A DNA stretch of 24,000 nucleotides from Nocardiopsis sp. JB363 (lineage in GTDB: Bacteria > Actinomycetota > Actinomycetes > Streptosporangiales > Streptosporangiaceae), in the NCBI RefSeq assembly GCF_900143625.1, contig NZ_FRFF01000191.1, forward strand, positions 430-24,429. The letters run 5' to 3'. The notes beneath the pieces are model-generated. The model saw only the letters and a list, made by a program, of their open reading frames with translations, was not told the DNA's origin and ran no database searches. The translations under genes and the position numbers were made by a program. Below, piece after piece: positions 15,600-23,849 of the stretch. Every line of letters begins with the position of its first letter. Position 1 is the first letter of the stretch.

Positions 15600-16351
15600 T
15601 GGTCGACAAGAGCGACCGCACCCGCGACCCGGGGCTGCTCGACGAGCTCCTCACGGTCCGCCGGGGCACCGCGTTCTGGCACCGGGCGGTCGACACCTTG
15701 GACGACGACGAACTCGACGCGCCCTCCCTGCTGGAGGGGTGGACCAGGCGTCACCTGATCGCACACGTCGGTTACAACGCCCGTGCCATCGGACGACTGG
15801 TGCTGTGGGCCAACACCGACGAGGAACACCCGATGTACGCCTCCCCGGAGGAACGGAACCGGGAGATCGACCTCGGCGCCACCCTGCCGGCCCGTGCCCT
15901 GCGCCACCTGAACCACCACGCGGCGGTGTCGCTGGACGTGGAGTGGCGGGACACCCCCGAAGAACCGTGGTCCTACCGGGTCAAGACCGCGCAGGGCCGG
16001 CTCGTGCCGCTGCGCGAGACCGTGTGGATGCGCACCCGGGAGGTGTGGCTGCACGCGGTGGACCTGGACAACGGCGCCCGGGTCGCGGACGTCCCCGAGC
16101 ACGTACTGGAACGCCTGCTCGGCGACATCGTCGGCGTGTGGGCCAAACGCGACACCGACCCGGGGCTCGCGATCCACGTCGAGGGCCGCGCGGACCTCGG
16201 GGTGCTGGGGGCGGGCGCCGACGACCCCGGCGAGACCGCGCCGAAGGAGACCGTTCGCGGCGATCTGCCGGCCGTGGTCTCCTGGGCCTCGGGCCGAGGC
16301 GGAGACCGACTGACCGAGGGCGTCGAAGTGGTCCCGCCACGCTGGCTCTGA
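15599..16351 (+). CDS. Mycothiol-dependent maleylpyruvate isomerase (DinB/MDMPI_N family)
   Basis: TGATG overlap with the upstream gene. The N-terminal DinB-like region (LLEGWTRRHLIAHVGYNARAIGRLVLWA) and its position as last gene of a gentisate operon support the call. Confidence 0.8.
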   Translation: MVDKSDRTRDPGLLDELLTVRRGTAFWHRAVDTLDDDELDAPSLLEGWTRRHLIAHVGYNARAIGRLVLWANTDEEHPMYASPEERNREIDLGATLPARALRHLNHHAAVSLDVEWRDTPEEPWSYRVKTAQGRLVPLRETVWMRTREVWLHAVDLDNGARVADVPEHVLERLLGDIVGVWAKRDTDPGLAIHVEGRADLGVLGAGADDPGETAPKETVRGDLPAVVSWASGRGGDRLTEGVEVVPPRWL

Positions 16352-16356
16352 CCACC

Positions 16357-16389
16357 GTCCCCGGGGTGTTCGCCGAACGCTCCGGGGAC
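16357..16389 (+). terminator. Stem-loop (8-bp stem GTCCCCGG / CCGGGGAC, 17-nt loop) after the gentisate operon
   Basis: Read directly, starting 6 nt after the stop at 16351. No U-tract. Confidence 0.35.
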
Positions 16390-16439
16390 GCCTCGCAGGC
16401 GGCCGGCCAGGTGCGGGAACATGCCCTAAGGTCGGCCGC

Positions 16440-18002
16440 ATGTCTGCACCTTCCCACGAGGAACTCCCCCCTCGGCTGAGGGCCATCGCCGAACTGCTGC
16501 CCAGCGCCATGCGCGCGCACGCCGGACTCCACTCCTACGACGGCAGGGCCGCCGACCTGTCACCGTCGGGCGTGCGCGCCCTCCTCGAACGTCTGGGCGG
16601 CGATCCACTCGACCACGCCCACGACGAGGCACACCTGACCGCCTTCGAGAACGCGCTCCGGCACGAACTCGGCGAACTCCAGTGGCACCGGACCAACCCC
16701 CTGTTCCACATCGGCGAGATGGACCTGTCCGACTACGAACGCGAGTACGCCCCCGCCGCCGAACGCGACGCCGCCCGCCTCGCCCACCTGAGGCTGTGGC
16801 CGTGGTTGGCCGACAACGCCCTGGCGTCCCTGGACCGCCTCTCCGCGCCCATCGCCGAGTCCCTGATCGGCGCCGCGCGGGGGCTCATCGGCAGCCTGCC
16901 CGACGACCTGCCGGAAGACGTGCGCGACGCCGCCCTCGCCGCGCACTCTCGCCTGATGGCGCACCTGGAGCACGCCGCCGAACACGGCCCGGAACAGGCG
17001 GGGCTGGGTACCGAGACGCTCGCCCGCCTCCTAGGCACCGGCGAGGCCATGGAGGTCGACCTCGACGAACTGGCGGCCCGCGCCGACGTCGAACGCGACC
17101 GCCTGCGTTCCCGCCTGGCGGAGGCCGCCGGGCGCCTGGCACCCGACCGCGACCCCATGGAGTTCGCCCGCGAGCTCACCCGGGACCACCCCGGTGCCGA
17201 CGGGGTCCTGGACGCGGCCCGCGAGTGGACGCGCCTGAGCCTGGAGTTCACCACCGAGCGTTCCCTCGCCCCCTACGGCGACGGCGAATGCAGGGTGGAC
17301 GTGCCACCGCCCGCCCTGCGCTGGGGCACCGCGATGATGGCCTGGTCCGGTCCCTGGGAGACGGACACCGCGTCCTTCTACTACGTCAACCCACCCGACC
17401 CCGACTGGTCCGAGGAGGAGGCCGACGAGTGGCTGGAGATGTTCAGCCACACCACCCTGCCCGCGGTGAGCGTGCACGAGGTCGCCCCCGGCCACTACTC
17501 GCACGGGCGGGCCCTGCGTCGCCTCCAGAGCCCGGTACGGCGCGCCCTGCCCTCCATGTCCTTCGTCGAGGGCTGGGCGCACTACGTCGAGGAGGTGTGC
17601 GTGGACGAAGGGTTCGGCGCCTACGCCGCCGAACGTCTCGACGACCCCGAGTGGACCGCCGACCACTTCGAGATCGGGGTGTGGCTGGAGGCGCTCGTCC
17701 GCGTCACACGCCTGGCCGTGGCCATCGGCCTGCACTCGGGCTCCATGACGGTGGAGGAGGCCACCGCACGGTTCACCGAGGACACCGCCCTGCGCGGACC
17801 GGCCGCCCGGGCCGAGGCCCAGCGCGCCACCTTCGACCCCACCTACGGTCGGTACACCTGGGGCAAGCTGGAGATCCTGGCCCTGCGCGAACGTGCCCGG
17901 GAGCAGTGGGGTGAGGGCTTCTCCCTGCCGCGGTTCCACCGGGAGCTGTTGGAACTGGGCGCGCCCCCGCTCGGCCTGATCGACGAGGTCTTGCGAGAGT
18001 GA
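16440..18002 (+). CDS. DUF885-family protein (putative metallopeptidase-like)
   Basis: 520-aa GC3-rich ORF. The segment VHEVAPGHYSH...EGWAHYVE resembles the conserved HE-x-x-PGH and EGWA signatures of DUF885. Confidence 0.75.
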   Translation: MSAPSHEELPPRLRAIAELLPSAMRAHAGLHSYDGRAADLSPSGVRALLERLGGDPLDHAHDEAHLTAFENALRHELGELQWHRTNPLFHIGEMDLSDYEREYAPAAERDAARLAHLRLWPWLADNALASLDRLSAPIAESLIGAARGLIGSLPDDLPEDVRDAALAAHSRLMAHLEHAAEHGPEQAGLGTETLARLLGTGEAMEVDLDELAARADVERDRLRSRLAEAAGRLAPDRDPMEFARELTRDHPGADGVLDAAREWTRLSLEFTTERSLAPYGDGECRVDVPPPALRWGTAMMAWSGPWETDTASFYYVNPPDPDWSEEEADEWLEMFSHTTLPAVSVHEVAPGHYSHGRALRRLQSPVRRALPSMSFVEGWAHYVEEVCVDEGFGAYAAERLDDPEWTADHFEIGVWLEALVRVTRLAVAIGLHSGSMTVEEATARFTEDTALRGPAARAEAQRATFDPTYGRYTWGKLEILALRERAREQWGEGFSLPRFHRELLELGAPPLGLIDEVLRE

Positions 18003-18039
18003 GCCCGACCGGGTGGAGACCCGGCCGGACCCGAACGGT

Positions 18040-19002
18040 TCAGTTCGTCTTGGAGTCGCCGACGCCGAGTTCGGCGAGGGCCACCCGGACCCGGCCGCGG
18101 GCACGCTTCAACGCGTCCGCGGCCTGCTCCGCGTCCACCTCGGCCAGCAGCGTCACCAGCGCGACCCGGGTGTCGCCCCGGGCGGCGTTCAGGGCCTGCG
18201 CGCAGGCCTCCTCGTTCAGGCCGGTGGCCTCGCGCAGGATCGTCAGCACACGCCCCCGCAGCTTGCCGTTGTTGGCGTCCACCCCGACCATCAGGTTCGA
18301 GTAGGTCCGGCCGATCCGCACCATCACCGCGGTGGAGAAGGCGTTCAACAGCAGCTTCTGCGCCGTGCCCGCCTTCATCCGGGTCGATCCGGCGACCACC
18401 TCCGCGCCCGTGGCCACACCCACGTGCACGTCCGCCGCGGAGGCCAGCGGCGCGTTCGGGTTCGCGGTGATGAGCACCGTGGAGGCCGACCGTTCCCGGG
18501 CCGCCTCCAACGCGCCCCCCACGTAGGGGGTGCGTCCACTGGCGGCCAGACCGACCACCAGACAGCCCTCGGCCACCCCGGCCGCGTCCACACGGCCGGC
18601 CTCCCAGTCGTCCTCGACCCCTTCCAGGGCCTGGGAGAGGGCGTCTCCGCCGCCCGCGTGGTGAGCCACGACCCAGTCCGGCGGCACCCCGTAGGTGGGC
18701 GGAAGCTCCGCGGCGTCCTGGGAGGCGATCCGTCCGGAGGTTCCCGCGCCGAAGTAGTGGATGGTGGCGCCCCTCTCCAGGGCCGCCACCCCCAACTCCA
18801 CGGCTTCGGCGAGCTGCGGCAGGACGGCGGAGACCGCCGCCGCGACCGTGCTGTCCTCGGCGTTGATCTGCCGGAGGATGTCCAATGCCGGCAGTAGGTC
18901 GATGTCGTAGGTGCCGGAGTTCCGGGCCTCGGTGGGAGACCGTACGATCACGGCCTCGTGATCATCCGGCCGGTCCTGTACTCGTCCGTCTCTGCCGTGC
19001 AC
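18040..19002 (-). CDS. murQ: N-acetylmuramic acid 6-phosphate etherase
   Basis: SIS-domain motifs YFGAGTSGRIASQDAAELPPTYG, GLAASGRTPY, GSTRMKAGTAQKLLLN and GRTYSNLMVGVDANNGKLRGR. GTG 19002 has GAGGAG 6 nt upstream, and I prefer it to the track start at 19026. Confidence 0.9.
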   Translation of the reverse strand: MHGRDGRVQDRPDDHEAVIVRSPTEARNSGTYDIDLLPALDILRQINAEDSTVAAAVSAVLPQLAEAVELGVAALERGATIHYFGAGTSGRIASQDAAELPPTYGVPPDWVVAHHAGGGDALSQALEGVEDDWEAGRVDAAGVAEGCLVVGLAASGRTPYVGGALEAARERSASTVLITANPNAPLASAADVHVGVATGAEVVAGSTRMKAGTAQKLLLNAFSTAVMVRIGRTYSNLMVGVDANNGKLRGRVLTILREATGLNEEACAQALNAARGDTRVALVTLLAEVDAEQAADALKRARGRVRVALAELGVGDSKTN

Positions 19003-19104
19003 TGAACTCTCCTCTTCGGTCCGCACCCGTGCGTGTCCTCTCCGTCCGGGCCGAGCCGGCTCACCTGACCCGGATCGGGCCCGGGGGGCGGCTCGGGTCG
19101 GGGT

Positions 19105-20121
19105 TCAGCCGCTGCTTCCGGTGCTGTTGTCGGTACTGCTCTCGTTGCCGCCGTTGATGTTCCTGGGCGGGGTCTCGGGGCGGCGGCGCTTGCGGTCCTC
19201 GTGCAACCGAAGCCCGCGCACCGCCTCGTAGGTGGTCTCCAACGCGGTCAGGCTGTCGGCGTACCGGATCTGGGCCAGCCCCACGAACAGGCAGTCCACC
19301 ACGGTCAGCTGGGCCAACCGGGACGCGGTCGCGCCCGAGCGGAACGTGGTCTCGCGGGCCGCCGTGGTCAGGATGTGGTCGGCGAACCCGATGGCGGAGC
19401 GCGGGAAGTTGGTGATCGCCACCGTCTGCGCGCCGTGCCTGCCGGCCTCGCTCAACGCCTGCACGGTGTCGATGGTGGTGCCGCTGTGCGAGATGCCGAT
19501 CGCCACGTCGGTGTCCTCCAGCAGGGAGGCGCTGGTCAGCATCACGTGCGCGTCCGACCAGGCGAACGACGTCAGACCGATCCGGTGCAGCTTCTGCTGG
19601 AGGTCGGCGCCGACGAACGCGCTGGCGCCCACCCCGTAGATGTCGATGCGCCGGGCGTTGGCGAGGGCGTCGATGACGGCGCGCAGCACCTCCACGTCCA
19701 TGGCGGCGCCGGTCTCCTCCACCGCGCGCGCGTCGGTGTAGGCGATCTTCTGGACGACGGTGACGAGGGTGTCGTCGGGGTTGATGTCGCTGGACAGCTC
19801 GGGGACGTTGCTGCGGGCTCCGCGGGCCTGACCGGCCTCGGTGGCCAGGGCCAGACGCAGTTCCCGGTATCCGCTGAAGTCGATGGTGCGACAGAAGCGG
19901 ATGACCGTGGCCTCGGACGTGGCGCAATCCTTGGCGAGCTGGGTGATGGAGGAGGCGGCGGCCCGCTCGGGATCTTCGATGACCCGTTGGGCCACGCGCT
20001 GTTCGGCGGGGGCGAGGGAGGGGAGCAGGGAGCGGATCCGTAGCACCGTGGTCGGTGCCGCCGGCGCTAGGGCCTCATCCGGACCGGAGGAGTCGCCTGA
20101 AGATTTCGGAGTTTGCGCCAT
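19105..20121 (-). CDS. MurR/RpiR-family transcriptional regulator (HTH_6 + SIS)
   Basis: LAPAEQRVAQRVIEDPERAAASSITQLAKDCATSEATVIRFCRTIDFSGYRELRLAL is an RpiR HTH. A SIS domain follows (IDIYGVGASAFVGADLQQKL...GISHSGTTIDT). The start is ATG 20121. The 613-aa track ORF (to 20946) is an implausible upstream extension that overlaps the SARP gene in antisense. Confidence 0.85.
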   Translation of the reverse strand: MAQTPKSSGDSSGPDEALAPAAPTTVLRIRSLLPSLAPAEQRVAQRVIEDPERAAASSITQLAKDCATSEATVIRFCRTIDFSGYRELRLALATEAGQARGARSNVPELSSDINPDDTLVTVVQKIAYTDARAVEETGAAMDVEVLRAVIDALANARRIDIYGVGASAFVGADLQQKLHRIGLTSFAWSDAHVMLTSASLLEDTDVAIGISHSGTTIDTVQALSEAGRHGAQTVAITNFPRSAIGFADHILTTAARETTFRSGATASRLAQLTVVDCLFVGLAQIRYADSLTALETTYEAVRGLRLHEDRKRRRPETPPRNINGGNESSTDNSTGSSG

Positions 20122-20326
20122 GAAGGAAAGTTTCTTTCGGTCGCGGTGCAGAGTCAACGCACTGACGGGAAAAACCGGGAGATTCAAGGATTTCAAGGGA
20201 CGGGCCGTGCGGCAAGTGTCCTCGTTCCGATTGCGGGATCCCAGTTCAGCGGGCACGCTGGGGCGAAGCGGTGCGTCTTCCGGGTTTGCCGGAAGCATCC
20301 GCACCGGGGATACGAGGGAGGGCACT

Positions 20327-22150
20327 GTGTCGCGGTTCGGCCCGGTCGGACCCGAGGACGAGTCGACCACCGACGGGCCATCCGATCCCCACGGTATCCG
20401 CGTCGGCCTGCTCGGCCGGCTCACTCTCCACGTCGACGGATCCCCGATACGCCTGCGCGGCGAACGTCGACGTGCCCTGCTCGCCGCCCTCCTCCTCCAC
20501 GCCGGTGGGTCCGTGTCCACCGACCACCTCATCGACCGTGTCTGGGCCGAACCCGGACGGGCCGCCCGAGGCGCCCTCCAGGTCCACGTGGCCCGCCTCC
20601 GAGCCCTCCTCGAAGAGCAGCTGGGCGACCCCCTCATCCGCAGCACCGACGACGGATACCGGGTCGACCTCCGCACACACCGCTGTGACCTGCTGCGCCT
20701 GCGATCCCTGGTCCACGAGGCCGACCTCGCGGCCCAACGCGGCGAGACCGACGTCCACGCCGACCTGCTCGGCCGGGCGTTGGCCCTCTGGCGCGGACCC
20801 GTACTGACCGACATCGCCTCCCCGGCCCTGCACCACCACGACGTGCCACGGGTCGAGGAGGAACTCCTGCGCGTGGCCGAACGGGCCTTCACCGCCGACC
20901 TGGCCAGGGGCGAGAACGAGAGAGTCGCCGATCGGGTCGCGCCCATCGTCGCCGCCCACCCTCGACGTGAACCCCTCGTCCGGGCGCAGATGGTCGCCCT
21001 GTACCGGTGCGACAGGCGGAGCGAGGCCCTGCACGCCTATTCCCGGGCCCGCTCGGCGCTCGCCGAGGAACCGGGACTCACCCCCGGCCGTGAGCTCCTG
21101 GCGGCCTTCCACGGTGTCCTGCGCGGCGATCTGGAACCCCGGAACCGTTGGGGCCCGGTCATGGTCTCCACCGGTGTCGGTGGGCGGACCACCCGCACGG
21201 TCGCCCACCCCGACCCGATCCCGAGCGGGCCGGGCGCGTCGACCTCCTCGGTGCCACGTCCCAGGGCCCACCACGACGCGCATGCGACCACCGCCCGGAA
21301 CCACGAACACGGGCCCTGGCCCCTGGTGCCCGCAGAGCTCCCGGCCGCCCCGAGCCCGCTCGTCGGACGGGCCGAGGCCCTGGCCGAACTCGACCGCCTC
21401 GTCGATCCCTGCGCGGCCGTCCCCGCGAGCGTTCTGGTCCGCGGCCCGGCCGGGGCCGGCGCCAGTGCCCTGGCCCTTCGCTGGGCGCATTCGGTGGCCG
21501 CGCACTTCCCCGACGGTCGGCTCTACGTCAATCTGCGCCGTTCGGACGGCACACCCCGTGCGCCGACGGAGGTGCTGCGCCGCATGGTGCGCTCCCTGTC
21601 GGCGGGTCGGGTCGGTGTCGCGGACCTGTCCGCCGCCGAGGACGAAGCCGACGAGGCCGCCGCCCGGTTGCGCTCCCTGATGTCCGGCCGGCGGGTGCTC
21701 CTGCTCCTGGACAACGCCGCGAGCGCTCACCAGGTGCGTCCGCTCCTGCCGGGCGACCCCGGCAGCGCCGCCGTGGTGACCGGTCGCCACTGGCTCACCG
21801 ACCTGTTGGTCCGTGACGGTGTGCGCGCACTGCCCCTCGACGCCCTGGACACAGCGGGCGCGATGGCGTTGCTGCGTTCCCTGTTGGGGGAGCGGCGCCA
21901 CTCGGAGGAGGCGTTGCGTCGGGTGGCCGAACTGGCCGGGTGCCTGCCCCTGTCGCTACGGATGGCGGTGGCGTGGTTGGACGCGCACCCGGAACACACG
22001 GCGGACGTCCTGGTTCGACTGGTGGAGCGGGTGGACCCGGCACGAGGGATCTCCCCCACGGCTCGGATGGCCGCGGTTCTTCGCGCCGGGCCCCTGGGCG
22101 CGGGCCCGGCCGCGGGGAAGTACCGACCGGGCTCCGAGCACCCGCACTGA
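20327..22150 (+). CDS. SARP/AfsR-family regulator (OmpR-type winged helix + BTAD + NB-ARC ATPase, no TPR tail)
   Basis: IRVGLLGRLTLHVDGSPIRLRGERRRALLAALLLHAG...GYRVDL is the DNA-binding domain. LGRALALWRGPVL...EPLVRAQMVALYRCDRRSEALHAYSRARSALAEEPGLTPGRELL is the BTAD. VLVRGPAGAGASALALRWAH and RVLLLLDNA are the NB-ARC Walker A and B. GTG 20327 is preceded by GAGGGAGGG. Confidence 0.85.
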   Translation: MSRFGPVGPEDESTTDGPSDPHGIRVGLLGRLTLHVDGSPIRLRGERRRALLAALLLHAGGSVSTDHLIDRVWAEPGRAARGALQVHVARLRALLEEQLGDPLIRSTDDGYRVDLRTHRCDLLRLRSLVHEADLAAQRGETDVHADLLGRALALWRGPVLTDIASPALHHHDVPRVEEELLRVAERAFTADLARGENERVADRVAPIVAAHPRREPLVRAQMVALYRCDRRSEALHAYSRARSALAEEPGLTPGRELLAAFHGVLRGDLEPRNRWGPVMVSTGVGGRTTRTVAHPDPIPSGPGASTSSVPRPRAHHDAHATTARNHEHGPWPLVPAELPAAPSPLVGRAEALAELDRLVDPCAAVPASVLVRGPAGAGASALALRWAHSVAAHFPDGRLYVNLRRSDGTPRAPTEVLRRMVRSLSAGRVGVADLSAAEDEADEAAARLRSLMSGRRVLLLLDNAASAHQVRPLLPGDPGSAAVVTGRHWLTDLLVRDGVRALPLDALDTAGAMALLRSLLGERRHSEEALRRVAELAGCLPLSLRMAVAWLDAHPEHTADVLVRLVERVDPARGISPTARMAAVLRAGPLGAGPAAGKYRPGSEHPH

Positions 22151-22329
22151 TTCTGCGGTACGCGTCTTACGTTCGGTTTTCGGTCGGACGACGATGGGGG
22201 AGGGTGCCGGTGACAACACCGCCACCGTCCGAGGATCGGGTTCCCGCGCCGTCGACGGTCGTTCGTGGAATCGACCGATTCTGCTTCAGGGGGTGCTCAC
22301 CGCTCCCATGAGTCGCTAGTGTCAACCCC

Positions 22330-22515
22330 ATGACGCAGAACAACGATCCCGACATGGACCCGGCGGGAACCACGCAGCACTTCCGCCGTTTCGTCGACGA
22401 CAACCCCGAGCCCGAAGAGGCCCCGCGCCGCCCGATCCTTCCGCTGGTGCTGGCGGGCGTCGGTGTCCTCCTCGCCATCGGGGTCATCGTCGTCCTGGTG
22501 ATGGCTTTCTCCTAG
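22330..22515 (+). CDS. Small (61 aa) tail-anchored membrane protein, hypothetical
   Basis: GC3-rich codons throughout. An acidic N-terminal half is followed by one TM segment (ILPLVLAGVGVLLAIGVIVVLVMAF). A hairpin follows at 22541..22563. No clear RBS. Confidence 0.55.
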   Translation: MTQNNDPDMDPAGTTQHFRRFVDDNPEPEEAPRRPILPLVLAGVGVLLAIGVIVVLVMAFS

Positions 22516-22646
22516 AGTTCCGCTACTTCCGCGATGTGACGGGGCCGACCCTCGGCCGGCCCCGGAATCGGTTCGCGGCCGCTCCACGGTCCTGCTAGAG
22601 TTGCATCCGTTGCCGCGAGGGCCGTCGGGTTCTCAGCGGGAGTCGG

Positions 22647-22723
22647 GCGTCATTAGCTCAGTTGGTTAGAGCAGCTGACTCTTAATCAGCGGGTCCGGGG
22701 TTCGAGTCCCTGATGACGCACCA
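22647..22723 (+). tRNA. tRNA-Lys (anticodon CUU), CCA encoded
   Basis: Cloverleaf folded by hand. The acceptor stem is GCGTCAT/ATGACGC, the D arm is GCTC-AGTTGGTTA-GAGC, and the anticodon stem is GCTGA/TCAGC with loop CTCTTAA. The T arm is CGGGG-TTCGAGT-CCCTG, followed by discriminator A and CCA. Confidence 0.9.
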
Positions 22724-22725
22724 GC

Positions 22726-22768
22726 ACGAAGGCCCCGATCGACGGAGAACGTCGGTCGGGGCCTTCGT
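22726..22768 (+). terminator. 19-bp stem hairpin following the first tRNA-Lys
   Basis: ACGAAGGCCCCGATCGACG-gagaa-CGTCGGTCGGGGCCTTCGT, with one U-G wobble pair. Read directly. Confidence 0.55.
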
Positions 22769-22913
22769 CGTCGGTGGTGCTCCGACCGGAAGGCCGGCCC
22801 GGTGGTCTGCGGCACAACCATCGACGAACGGTCCCTGAACGGCACAAGTCGCTCCGAGGATCCGGTAGTGTTGTCCATGTCGCCGCGGGTCCTTCGGGAA
22901 CCGTCAGGCGCAG

Positions 22914-22987
22914 GCGCCACTAGCTCAGTCGGTTAGAGCAGCTGACTCTTAATCAGCGGGTCCGGGGTTCGAGTCCCTGGTGGCGCA
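22914..22987 (+). tRNA. tRNA-Lys (anticodon CUU), second copy, CCA not encoded
   Basis: Acceptor stem GCGCCAC/GTGGCGC. From the anticodon stem through the T arm it is identical to copy 1. The D loop differs by one base (AGTCGGTTA). Confidence 0.9.
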
Positions 22988-22994
22988 CCCGGTG

Positions 22995-23034
22995 CGAGGG
23001 CCCCGGTGATCGGAAACGATCACCGGGGCCCTCG
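22995..23034 (+). terminator. 18-bp perfect stem hairpin following the second tRNA-Lys
   Basis: CGAGGGCCCCGGTGATCG-gaaa-CGATCACCGGGGCCCTCG, followed by TCGTTT. Read directly. Confidence 0.6.
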
Positions 23035-23079
23035 TCGTTTCCAGGGCCGGGGCGGCTGTCCTGGTCCTCAGCGTTCTAA

Positions 23080-23107
23080 GGGGGTCGCTGTTTTAACAGC
23101 GACCCCC
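23080..23107. terminator. Perfect 13-bp stem hairpin downstream of the small secreted-protein gene
   Basis: GGGGGTCGCTGTT-tt-AACAGCGACCCCC, about 70 nt beyond the stop at 23175 (minus strand). Confidence 0.5.
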
Positions 23108-23174
23108 TGTAAGGAATGGGGCTCTGTCATCCCGAAATTTTCAGCAAGGGGACTACGATTTTAGGGCGGGAAGC

Positions 23175-23465
23175 CTATGCTCCTACGATTGCGGTGGCGC
23201 TGATGACCATCCCCTGGGATTTACTGCATTTCCCCACGCTTGTCTTTAGCTTCTGACCAATATATCCTCCCGCGCTGCCCATGCGGTGGGAGGGTTCGTT
23301 GGCGCACTGGTACTGCACCTTCCAGTGGCCGGACTTGCAGGTTGCATAAGCACCGTAGCCACTGTATCTCGCAGAACAATGACTTGCGTGAGCAACGGCA
23401 GGCGCCAATGTTGCGATAAGTGCTGCAGAGACTGCGGTGATAATAAATCTTCTGAATCTGATCAT
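23175..23465 (-). CDS. Small secreted 4-cysteine protein (96-aa precursor, roughly 69-aa mature), unknown family, atypical codon usage
   Basis: GAGGAG lies 12 nt upstream of the ATG. Sec-type signal peptide MIRFRRFIITAVSAALIATLAPAVAHA|SH, with an AxA cleavage site. The mature part has C30, C43, C54 and C80. It uses AGA Arg codons and A/T-ending codons that are rare elsewhere in the window. Confidence 0.6.
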   Translation of the reverse strand: MIRFRRFIITAVSAALIATLAPAVAHASHCSARYSGYGAYATCKSGHWKVQYQCANEPSHRMGSAGGYIGQKLKTSVGKCSKSQGMVISATAIVGA

Positions 23466-23849
23466 GGTGTAAATTTTCTCCTCAAGTCTGATTTCGCTCG
23501 TTTATAGTAGCGTTAATTCTTCTGCATGAGTGGCGGTTGTGGGCCTTCTGGGGTAGGCAAATTATGTTTGCGCAGGTAGGCTCCCCGGTCTTAAGGAGAT
23601 CGTTACCTGGCCAGAAGTGGACACGCTTAACCTGGAGGCTGTGAGGGGGAGTCTCCAGGGGTCGGTTGTCGACTAATTTCGATCTGCACTACCCAGGGTG
23701 GGCCTGTGCTGACCTGCACCGGGGGTCATATCGGACGAAGCGTGGGAAACTGGCAAGTCGATGGAACCTTCCTCGGTTCCGGCGCATCGATATAGATGGT
23801 GCCGGTCATCCAGGATCGGCGCCGCAGCGACGATCCTGATGGAGTGACC

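Noticed and set aside
18009-18024. Short hairpin CCGGGT-ggag-ACCCGG between the convergent DUF885 and murQ genes as a terminator
   Set aside because: The stem is only 6 bp and has no U-tract, which is too weak to call confidently.
19105-20946. 613-aa version of the RpiR-family ORF, and the 769-aa version of the SARP ORF (19841..22150)
   Set aside because: The N-terminal extensions have no domain content and overlap each other in antisense. Plausible internal starts (ATG 20121; GTG 20327 with a GGGAGGG RBS) give proteins of canonical length and leave a normal divergent intergenic region.
3766-21901. Other long shadow ORFs in the track: 3766..4788(+), 4873..5790(+), 6331..7359(-), 7635..8207(-), 8319..9425(-), 8884..10149(+), 9851..11236(+), 11665..12429(+), 12664..13410(-), 13501..14925(-), 13608..14615(+), 14622..15422(-), 15431..16510(-), 15535..16479(+), 16682..17914(+), 17031..18104(-), 18013..18897(+), 19061..19927(-), 19201..20043(+), 20246..21901(-)
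   Set aside because: Each overlaps a gene with clear family motifs in another frame or strand. Their translations are low-complexity R/G/P/A-rich strings with no motifs, and their own frame does not carry the GC3 bias.
23175-23465. Small secreted protein as a lactococcin-972-family bacteriocin
   Set aside because: Lactococcin 972, as I recall its sequence, is cysteine-free and has a different motif pattern. This protein has four Cys and no obvious similarity, so I make no family call.
22647-23810. Complete genomic island or prophage integrated at tRNA-Lys
   Set aside because: No integrase, excisionase or phage genes are present. I see no direct repeat of the tRNA 3' end downstream within the window. 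Only a 750-bp compositionally atypical islet is visible.
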